Assembly (NCBI RefSeq): GCF_007748075.1
Contig: NZ_CP036280.1
Location: 870,001-902,000 of the forward strand
Source of the DNA: Mucisphaera calidilacus
GTDB taxonomy: Bacteria > Planctomycetota > Phycisphaerae > Phycisphaerales > Phycisphaeraceae
Reading direction: 5' to 3'
DNA: 32,000 nt
The translations under genes and the position numbers were made by a program. Under the pieces are notes generated by a model. That model saw nothing but the letters and a program-made list of their open reading frames with translations, did no database searches and had not been told where the DNA came from. This document shows, in pieces, positions 18,170 through 25,375 of the stretch (positions are counted from its first letter, which is position 1; every line of letters starts with the position of its first letter).

Positions 18170-19181
18170 AGACCTGCGTGAAAATCGTCCCCGTCGTCCG
18201 CTCGAACACATCCTCAAGCGTCGGCTCCGAGAGCGTCACACTCCGCACCGCGCCGCCGTGCTCGTCCAGAACCCACCGCAGCGCCGCAGCACCCTCCGCC
18301 AATTCGATACGAGCCTCGCCGAACACACGCTCCGGCAGACGATCCCCCCCGAACCGCTCCACCAGATCCTCCGCGATCACCAGCAGCGCGTCCGCGTCAC
18401 GCGTCGCCACCGCCAGCACCGCACGGCTGTCCGCCTTCAACGCCGCAGGACTGCCCTCCGCCACCACACGCCCACGCGACAGGACCACCACGTTGTCCGC
18501 CGCCTCCGCCTCATCCGTCAGGTGCGTCGTCATCAGCACCGTCAGACCGCTCCGACGACGCTCCGCCTCCAGCGACTGCCAGAACTGACGCCGTGCCGTC
18601 GGGTCCACACCCGTCGAAGGCTCATCCAGAATCAGAATCCGCGGGTCGTGCAGCAGCGCCTTCGCCAGCTCCGCGCGACGGGCCAGACCGCCCGAAAGCG
18701 TCCCCACGCGATCGTGCGCGCGATCCGACAAACCCACCGCCTCCAGCCGCTCGGGAATCCGACGCCGAAGCTCCGAACCCGACATGCCGTACACGCGTCC
18801 CTGCAGCCGCAGGTTCTCCACCACCGACAATTCACTGTCCAGGCTCGGGCTCTGGAACACCACCCCCAACCGCTGACGGATCGCGTGCGCACCCACACGC
18901 AGGTCATGACCGAGAATCGTCACCCGAGGCACCACCCCCGGCTTGCCCGTCGCACGCACCGCGGTCGTCAGGATCCGGAAAAGCGTCGACTTGCCCGAAC
19001 CGTTCGGACCCAGCACCGCCGTGAAACTCCCCGACGCCATCCGCAGATTCACGTCATCCAGCGCCAGCACATCCGCCTTCGGATACCGGTGCGACAGACC
19101 GTCAATCACTACCGCGGGCTCGGCCCGCACAGCAGCCTGCCCCGCCTGATCCACTCGACTCGGCGCCGCGTTCGTCGTCAT
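18168..19181 (-). CDS. ABC transporter ATP-binding protein (ABC-2/DrrA-type) with no adjacent permease gene
   Basis: Walker A GPNGSGKST, signature LSGGLARRAELAKAL, Walker B ILILDEPSTGVD, C-terminal PTLEDVFERTTG. ATG 19179-19181 overlaps the ctaB TGA 19178-19180 (ATGA). The ORF-track start at 19193 is four codons upstream. Confidence 0.9.
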   Translation of the reverse strand: MTTNAAPSRVDQAGQAAVRAEPAVVIDGLSHRYPKADVLALDDVNLRMASGSFTAVLGPNGSGKSTLFRILTTAVRATGKPGVVPRVTILGHDLRVGAHAIRQRLGVVFQSPSLDSELSVVENLRLQGRVYGMSGSELRRRIPERLEAVGLSDRAHDRVGTLSGGLARRAELAKALLHDPRILILDEPSTGVDPTARRQFWQSLEAERRRSGLTVLMTTHLTDEAEAADNVVVLSRGRVVAEGSPAALKADSRAVLAVATRDADALLVIAEDLVERFGGDRLPERVFGEARIELAEGAAALRWVLDEHGGAVRSVTLSEPTLEDVFERTTGTIFTQV

Positions 19182-20107
19182 GGCCGATCCCAAGCGAGGA
19201 TGGCGTACACAAACGGCAGATAGAGCAGCGACGTGATAAACACCACACGCGCCCGACCGTCACAAGGCCGCGCCGCAAACCACACTCCCGCCGCCGCAAA
19301 CGCCACCGTGCCCCCCAACGCCAGAACGCCATACAGCAAACCCGCGCTCCCGAACCGCGCAAACAGGGGCATCGCCGCCACGCCCACCAGCAGCAGCGAG
19401 GTCACCGCCACGTGCGCCGACACCCGGCGACCCGTTCGGTCCACCGAAGGCAGCATCCGCAGGCCCGCCGACGCGTACTGATCCCGGTAAAGCCACGCGA
19501 TCGCCATGAAGTGCGGGATCTGCCACACCAACAAAATCAGGAACGCCGGCCACGCGTCCGCCGACAACGATCCCGTCCCCGCCGCATAGCCAATGAAAGG
19601 CGGCATCGCGCCCGGGATCGCACCCACGTGCGTCGCCCAGGGCGTCAGGCTCTTCATCGGCGTGTAAATCAGCACATAAACCAGCAGCGTCGCCAGCGCC
19701 AGCAACGCCGCCAGCACCGTCGTTCCCAGGTACAGAATCCCGACACCCAGCACGCCCGTCGCGATCCCCAGAACCACGCCCTGCGTCACCGATATCCGGC
19801 CCGCCGCCACCGGACGGTTCTGCGTCCGCGTCATCCGCGCATCCGCGTCCCGCTCCCACACCTGGTTCAGAATCCCCGACGACACACACGAGAACCCCAC
19901 GCCCAGCGTCATCGCCAGGATCGTCACCACGTCCCACGCCGCCATCGGCACCGCCAGGACATAACCCACCCACGCCGTCAGCACCACCATCACCGTGATA
20001 CGCAGCTTGGCCAACTCCACATAATCACACCAACGCGACGTGCACACCGCCTTCGCGACCCCGGTCTCCCCGCCCACAGGCTTGTCCAGACGAGCAGCGT
20101 GGCTCAT
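19178..20107 (-). CDS. ctaB: Protoheme IX farnesyltransferase (heme O synthase)
   Basis: UbiA-family polytopic protein with NQVWERDADARMTRTQNRPVAAG. Its ATG 20105-20107 overlaps the ctaA TGA 20104-20106. Confidence 0.9.
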   Translation of the reverse strand: MSHAARLDKPVGGETGVAKAVCTSRWCDYVELAKLRITVMVVLTAWVGYVLAVPMAAWDVVTILAMTLGVGFSCVSSGILNQVWERDADARMTRTQNRPVAAGRISVTQGVVLGIATGVLGVGILYLGTTVLAALLALATLLVYVLIYTPMKSLTPWATHVGAIPGAMPPFIGYAAGTGSLSADAWPAFLILLVWQIPHFMAIAWLYRDQYASAGLRMLPSVDRTGRRVSAHVAVTSLLLVGVAAMPLFARFGSAGLLYGVLALGGTVAFAAAGVWFAARPCDGRARVVFITSLLYLPFVYAILAWDRP

Positions 20108-21246
20108 GCAGCACTCCCGCTCGCCACCAGAGACTCTTCCGCCTCACGCTCCGCCGCCTCGGGCTTCTCCGGCTCCTGCTGCCGCCGACGGCCCGGATCC
20201 TCCAACGCCGACACGATGTGCACCCGGCACGCAAACCACACACACGACGCCAGCACCAACGCCCCCAGCGACTGATGCAGCGTCGCGAACGACGGATTGA
20301 TCTCTGCCCACACCGTCATGATCCCCACCATCACCTGCGCCGCCAGCAGACACCCCACGTACAAAAGCGGCGCAAACACCTCACCTCGCCCCCCCAACGC
20401 CACCACCGACAGCCACCCCGCAAACACCGCCACCACGCACACCACCACCGCCCAGGCACGGTGCGTGAAGTGCAGGTGCACATCCCCCGCCGTCGTCTGA
20501 GGCGGCACACGATCAACCAGATTCTCAGGCAGCGCCAGGATCGCCTTGTCCAGCTGCGCCTGGTTCATCGGCGGCACCAACGCCCCGTACGACAGCGGTG
20601 CATCCGGAATCGCCCGCTCCGCGTGGTAGTGACGAACCGCGGCACCCAGCGCCAGCTGGATCACCAGCGTCCCCACCAGACCCCACGCCGCGAACCGCGC
20701 AAAGCCACCCGCGTACGTCCGCTCCGACGCGGGCTTCGGCGCACGACGCGCCCAAAGCGGACCCGTCGCCACCACCGCAAAAATCACGATCGCAAAAAAC
20801 AGCTGACCCACCACGCCGTGCAGGAACGCCAGGAACGTCGAGATCTCCGTCACCCGGAAGCCGCCCATCAACGCCTGGGCAATCACCAGCACCGCAATCG
20901 AGATCCCCAGCAATCGCAACCACCACTTCCCACGCGGGGAAAACGCCAGCCACAGGCCCAGAATCCCGCCGATCGGCCCCACGAAAATCGCAGCGATCAG
21001 CCGGTGCGCGTGCTCCCAGAACCGACCCGTGTCCTCGTGGAAGAACCACACGTCCAGCGGAGCCATAAACATGTTGTAACCAAACGTCCCCGGCCAGTCC
21101 GGCACCGCCAGACCCGCGTCCAGGCTCGTGACGTGCCCCCCAAAACCGATCAGCATGAAGGTGGAGAGGGCAAGAAGGATGGCGAGGGTGTGCAGCGCCC
21201 AGCGGTATCCCGTGATACCCGTTGCGCTTGTGTCCGGTGCAGGCAT
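20104..21246 (-). CDS. ctaA: Heme A synthase (COX15/CtaA family)
   Basis: Polytopic protein containing FGGHVTSLDAGLAVPDWPGTFGYNMF and paired His-containing helices. ATG is at 21244-21246; the ORF-track start at 21252 is TTG, two codons upstream. Confidence 0.85.
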   Translation of the reverse strand: MPAPDTSATGITGYRWALHTLAILLALSTFMLIGFGGHVTSLDAGLAVPDWPGTFGYNMFMAPLDVWFFHEDTGRFWEHAHRLIAAIFVGPIGGILGLWLAFSPRGKWWLRLLGISIAVLVIAQALMGGFRVTEISTFLAFLHGVVGQLFFAIVIFAVVATGPLWARRAPKPASERTYAGGFARFAAWGLVGTLVIQLALGAAVRHYHAERAIPDAPLSYGALVPPMNQAQLDKAILALPENLVDRVPPQTTAGDVHLHFTHRAWAVVVCVVAVFAGWLSVVALGGRGEVFAPLLYVGCLLAAQVMVGIMTVWAEINPSFATLHQSLGALVLASCVWFACRVHIVSALEDPGRRRQQEPEKPEAAEREAEESLVASGSAA

Positions 21247-21353
21247 GGTCAATGTCTCACGACAGCGGTGCTAATAACGAATAGGAGATTATACTCACAG
21301 GTCTGCGCCCTGCCCGATGACAGCGCAGGAACCTTCTGCCCGGAGCCTCTGAG

Positions 21354-23012
21354 ATGGTTGAGAACCCAAACGGCCACACCGACGGTCGGCGGATCGAGAT
21401 GTACGACACCACCCTGCGCGACGGCACGCAGGGGGCCGAAATCGCGCTCACCCTCGCCGACAAACTCAAACTCACCATCGCGCTCGACGAACTCGGCTTC
21501 GACTACATCGAGGGCGGCTACCCCCTCTCCAACCCCAAGGACGCCGCCTACTTCGACAAAGTCCGCGATCTCGACCTCAAACACGCTCGTGTCACCGCCT
21601 TCGGCATGACCCGACGCAAGGGCATCGAGGCCAAAGACGACCCCGGCATGCAGGCACTCGTCGCCAGCCACGCCCCCGTCATCACCATCGTCGGCAAAAC
21701 GTGGGACCTCCACGTCGACGAGGTCCTGCGCGTCGAACGCGACGAAAACCTCGCCATGATCCGCGACTCCGTCGCCTTCTGTCATCAGGCCGACACCACC
21801 GACGAGGTCTTCTACGACGCCGAACACTTCTTCGACGGCTACCGCGCCAACCCCGACTACGCCCTCGATACCCTCCGCGCCGCCGTCGAAGGCGGCGCCA
21901 CCCGACTCGTCCTCTGCGACACCAACGGCGGGTCCCTCCCCGAATTCATCAGCCACGCCGTCACCAACGTCCGCGAGACCCTCGGCCTCGGCGATACCCT
22001 CGACAACCCGACCGGACCCCTCCTCGCCATCCACGTCCACAACGACGGCGCCCTCGCCGTCGCCAACTCACTCGCCGCCATCGAAACCGGCTGCGTCCAG
22101 GTCCAGGGAACCATCAACGGCATCGGCGAACGATGCGGCAACGTCGACCTCATCCCCATCGCGGCCAACCTCCGACTCAAACTCGGCTACGACTGCCTCC
22201 GCGACGACGCTCTCAAAGGACTCCACCACCTCGCCATGCTCGTCTACGAGATGGTCGGCATGACCCCCGTCGCGGGCCAGCCCTACGTCGGCGCCAACGC
22301 CTTCACCCACAAGGGCGGCATGCACGTCCACGCCGTCCAGCGCATCGCACACAGCTACGAGCACATCGAGCCCGATGCCGTCGGCAACCAGCGACGCGTC
22401 CTCGTCTCCGAACTCGCCGGGGCCAGCAACATCGCCGCGCAGGTCGGAGCCAAGTTCGGCATCGCCGACGACAGGGACGTCCAGCGAAAGGTCCTCGAGA
22501 AGATCCAGGACCTCGAACATCAGGGCTACCAGTTCGAGGCCGCCGACGCCTCCCTCGAACTCATGGTCTACGAGGCCCTCGGCAAACGACCCGCCTTCTG
22601 GGAACTCGGACACTACCGCTGCGTCATCCTCAAACGACAACGCGACGAGGAAACCAGCACCGAGGGCACCGTCAAACTCAACGTCGATGGCACCACCGAG
22701 TACCGCGTCGCCGAGGGCGACGGACCCGTCAACGCCCTCTACCAGGCACTCATCAAGTGCCTCGCCGACCACTACCCCGAGGTCCGAACCATCCACCTCT
22801 CCGACTACAAGGTCCGCGTCGTCAACCCCACCGCCGAAACCGCCGCACGCGTCCGCGTCGTCATCGAATTCCGATACACCGCCGAGGACGGCTCCACACG
22901 CGTCTTCTCCACCGTCGGCGTCGACGAGAACATCGTCGAGGCAAGCTGGGAAGCCATCTCCGACGCTTTCCAGTACCTGCTCATCGAAACCCGCGCCGGG
23001 ATCACCGTGTGA
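21354..23012 (+). CDS. cimA: Citramalate synthase (LeuA/CimA family, long form with C-terminal regulatory domain)
   Basis: 552 aa with IEMYDTTLRDGTQG, YIEGGYPLSNPKD, HVHNDGALAVANSLAAIETG and HKGGMHVHAV, which fits the CimA (TIGR00977-like) pattern. Assignment to citramalate rather than isopropylmalate specificity is inferential. Confidence 0.8.
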   Translation: MVENPNGHTDGRRIEMYDTTLRDGTQGAEIALTLADKLKLTIALDELGFDYIEGGYPLSNPKDAAYFDKVRDLDLKHARVTAFGMTRRKGIEAKDDPGMQALVASHAPVITIVGKTWDLHVDEVLRVERDENLAMIRDSVAFCHQADTTDEVFYDAEHFFDGYRANPDYALDTLRAAVEGGATRLVLCDTNGGSLPEFISHAVTNVRETLGLGDTLDNPTGPLLAIHVHNDGALAVANSLAAIETGCVQVQGTINGIGERCGNVDLIPIAANLRLKLGYDCLRDDALKGLHHLAMLVYEMVGMTPVAGQPYVGANAFTHKGGMHVHAVQRIAHSYEHIEPDAVGNQRRVLVSELAGASNIAAQVGAKFGIADDRDVQRKVLEKIQDLEHQGYQFEAADASLELMVYEALGKRPAFWELGHYRCVILKRQRDEETSTEGTVKLNVDGTTEYRVAEGDGPVNALYQALIKCLADHYPEVRTIHLSDYKVRVVNPTAETAARVRVVIEFRYTAEDGSTRVFSTVGVDENIVEASWEAISDAFQYLLIETRAGITV

Positions 23013-23683
23013 CATCGCCGTACCGACGCACAAGGCTCAAGGTCTGCTGCATCGCATCAGTCGAAGAGGCACGATGCGCCGTCGCCCTCGGTGCCGACGC
23101 CCTCGGTCTCGTTGGCCACATGCCCAGCGGACCCGGAACCATCGACGATCACACCATCGCCCGCGTCGCACGCGCCGTCCCGCCCGGGATCTCACGCTTC
23201 CTCCTCACCAGCGAGACCCGACCCGACGCCGTCGTCGACCACGCCAGGCGAACCCACGTCGACACCGTTCAGCTCGTCGATGATCAGGTCACGCCCGACG
23301 TCTACGCCGCCCTCCGACAGCACTGCCCCGCGCTGCGCATCGTCCAGGTCATCCACGTCATCGACGACGACTCCCTCGACAAGGCCATCAGCCTCGCCGA
23401 CCACGTCGACGCCCTCCTGCTCGACTCCGGCAACCCCACCGCCGCCGTCCCCGAACTCGGCGGCACCGGCCGACGCCACGACTGGTCCGTCAGCCGAAGC
23501 ATTGTCCGGGCCAGCCCCGTCCCCGTCTTCCTCGCAGGCGGCATCCGGCCCGACAACGTCGCCGAAGCGATCCGAACCGTCCAGCCCTTCGGCATCGACC
23601 TCTGCACCCGCGTCCGTACCGACGGCAGGCTCCACGAGTCGAAGCTGAAGGCGCTGATTGACAATATGAATAAAACATGCTAA
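23009..23683 (+). CDS. trpF: Phosphoribosylanthranilate isomerase
   Basis: 224 aa from GTG 23009, which overlaps the cimA TGA (GTGA at 23009-23012). Motifs LKVCCI (general-base Cys), ALLLDS (general-acid Asp), GGTGRRHDW and FLAGGIRPDNV. No in-frame ATG lies near the N-terminus. Confidence 0.75.
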   Translation: MTSPYRRTRLKVCCIASVEEARCAVALGADALGLVGHMPSGPGTIDDHTIARVARAVPPGISRFLLTSETRPDAVVDHARRTHVDTVQLVDDQVTPDVYAALRQHCPALRIVQVIHVIDDDSLDKAISLADHVDALLLDSGNPTAAVPELGGTGRRHDWSVSRSIVRASPVPVFLAGGIRPDNVAEAIRTVQPFGIDLCTRVRTDGRLHESKLKALIDNMNKTC

Positions 23684-23692
23684 AAAACTGCC

Positions 23693-24454
23693 ATGCGGCG
23701 GATCTGGCACCGAGCAGCACACGCCCGTGATGGCAGCACGGGACAGCACGAACTCAGCCTCTGGGTTCAGCATCTCGACCGATGCTGGAAAGCGGCCGAG
23801 ACCGATGCCCAGCGACTTCAGGCTCAGTTGCAGGTCCGTATGGCAGGGCTGTTGGCCCTCTTGGGTCTCGGTTTTATCGAGATCAGCCCTTTCTACACCA
23901 CCCGCACCCTGCTGCTGATGCCGCCCTGGCTTGCAGTCCTTGTCTATCTGCTGTTAGCCACTGCCCTCCTCTACCTGGGACGCAGCCTCTCCACGCTCTT
24001 CCGTAACAACATCACAAACAGACCACAGCAAAGCGGAAGCTCCTGCGAGTTGCTTCTGCCCGATCAAAAAGACTTTGACGCACCGCCTTACGAGGCGGTA
24101 TGGGTAAGACTCTCCGAGGCTACAGCAGACCTGACGCTGCGCAATCACTTGCTGGGCCTCAAGATAAAGAAAGCCAACAAACTACTGGCGATGACCGTGC
24201 TGATCGTTGTCCTGGCGATCGCCGGCGAACTCTGGGGTATTATGACGATAGTCCCAACAGGAAGACTGGAACACCATGTCACCTATTCTCAAATCCAGAA
24301 TAAAGAACAGGGTCGCAGACAGCCCCTCAACGCCGTCGAGTCGGACAGCTATCAAAAGCCTCATGCGCAGCACGGCCCAGACCAACCGCGAGACGCACCT
24401 GAAAATTCAGGAGCTGCGCCTCAAGCAGACAGTCTCGGACAAGATCCTCAATAG
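23693..24454 (+). CDS. Hypothetical membrane protein with three predicted TM helices, encoded in a low-GC patch
   Basis: 253-aa ORF beginning 9 nt after the trpF stop. GC is visibly lower than in the flanks (about 50% by eye). Hydrophobic helices: GLLALLGLGFIEISPF, LAVLVYLLLATALLYLG and LLAMTVLIVVLAIAGELWGIMTIV. The C-terminal tail is polar and looks disordered. I recognised no family. Confidence 0.6.
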   Translation: MRRIWHRAAHARDGSTGQHELSLWVQHLDRCWKAAETDAQRLQAQLQVRMAGLLALLGLGFIEISPFYTTRTLLLMPPWLAVLVYLLLATALLYLGRSLSTLFRNNITNRPQQSGSSCELLLPDQKDFDAPPYEAVWVRLSEATADLTLRNHLLGLKIKKANKLLAMTVLIVVLAIAGELWGIMTIVPTGRLEHHVTYSQIQNKEQGRRQPLNAVESDSYQKPHAQHGPDQPRDAPENSGAAPQADSLGQDPQ

Positions 24455-24506
24455 CGTCGTCAGGTTGTTCGCGAGTTAACCACTCGGCAGGCAGCGCGTG
24501 CAACAT

Positions 24507-25373
24507 CTAACCCTTCACCGCCCCCAGCGTCACACCCTTGGTCAGGTGACGCTGAAGCAGCAGGTAGATGATCAGCGTCGGGATCACGATGATCACCAGA
24601 CCCGCAAACACCATCCCCCAGTCCACCTTGTACTGACTCACGATCGTCACGTTCGCCAGACCCAGCGGAAGCGTCCGCAACGCCTCCGAACCCTCGCCCG
24701 ACAAAAACATGAACGCCAGGAAATACTCGTTCCACGTCCCGATGAACGAGAAGATCGCTACCGTGATCAGACCCGGTCGCGCTAAAGGCAGCATCACACG
24801 CGTGAACGCGCCAAACTCCGTGCACCCGTCCAGCAACGCCGCCTCGTGGAGCGACTTCGGCAGCGACCGGAAAAACCCCGTCAGGATGAAAATCGCAAAC
24901 GGCAAACCCACCCCGATGTACACCAGCACCAGACCGACCCGCGAACTCAGAAGCCCCATCGCCTTGAGCTGGAAAAACAGCGGCACCACCGCCAGCTGCA
25001 GCGGGATCATCAGCCCGCCCAGAAAGTAGAACAGCAACGCCCGCGAACCCGGGAACGCGAATCGCGCCAACGCGTAAGCCGCCATCGCGCCGATGAACAC
25101 CACGCCCGTCACCGTGCACGCCGTCACCAGCACGGAGTTGAAAAAGTAATCCCCGAACGACCCCGCCGTCCACGCCCGCGAGAAGTTATCCAACGCCAAC
25201 GCGTCCACGGCAGGCGGCGCGAACGGAGCATCAAACACCTCGCCCGATGGCTTGAGCGACGTCATGAACAGCCACAGCATCGGGAACAGCGTGATCACCA
25301 GGTAGCAGATCAGCAGCGTGTAGATCACCCCCGAGGTCATCACCGTCTTCGGCGTGGTTCGCTGCTCACTCAT
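24507..25373 (-). CDS. Carbohydrate ABC transporter permease (MalG-like, CUT1 type)
   Basis: 288 aa, six TM segments, EAA loop EAALLDGCTEFGAFTRVMLPLARPG. Its ATG lies 2 nt after the upstream gene's stop. Confidence 0.9.
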   Translation of the reverse strand: MSEQRTTPKTVMTSGVIYTLLICYLVITLFPMLWLFMTSLKPSGEVFDAPFAPPAVDALALDNFSRAWTAGSFGDYFFNSVLVTACTVTGVVFIGAMAAYALARFAFPGSRALLFYFLGGLMIPLQLAVVPLFFQLKAMGLLSSRVGLVLVYIGVGLPFAIFILTGFFRSLPKSLHEAALLDGCTEFGAFTRVMLPLARPGLITVAIFSFIGTWNEYFLAFMFLSGEGSEALRTLPLGLANVTIVSQYKVDWGMVFAGLVIIVIPTLIIYLLLQRHLTKGVTLGAVKG

Positions 25374-25375
25374 GA

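Noticed and set aside
18159-21609. Long plus-strand ORFs (354 aa and 463 aa) rich in R/H/P/Q/T
   Set aside because: They are mirror-strand shadows of the ABC ATPase, ctaB and ctaA genes, with extreme composition and no motifs.
21701-23008. Long Arg/Pro/His-rich ORF (660 aa in the track) inside cimA
   Set aside because: It is an off-frame read-through of the cimA coding region. Only the last 224 codons, from GTG 23009, show homology (TrpF).
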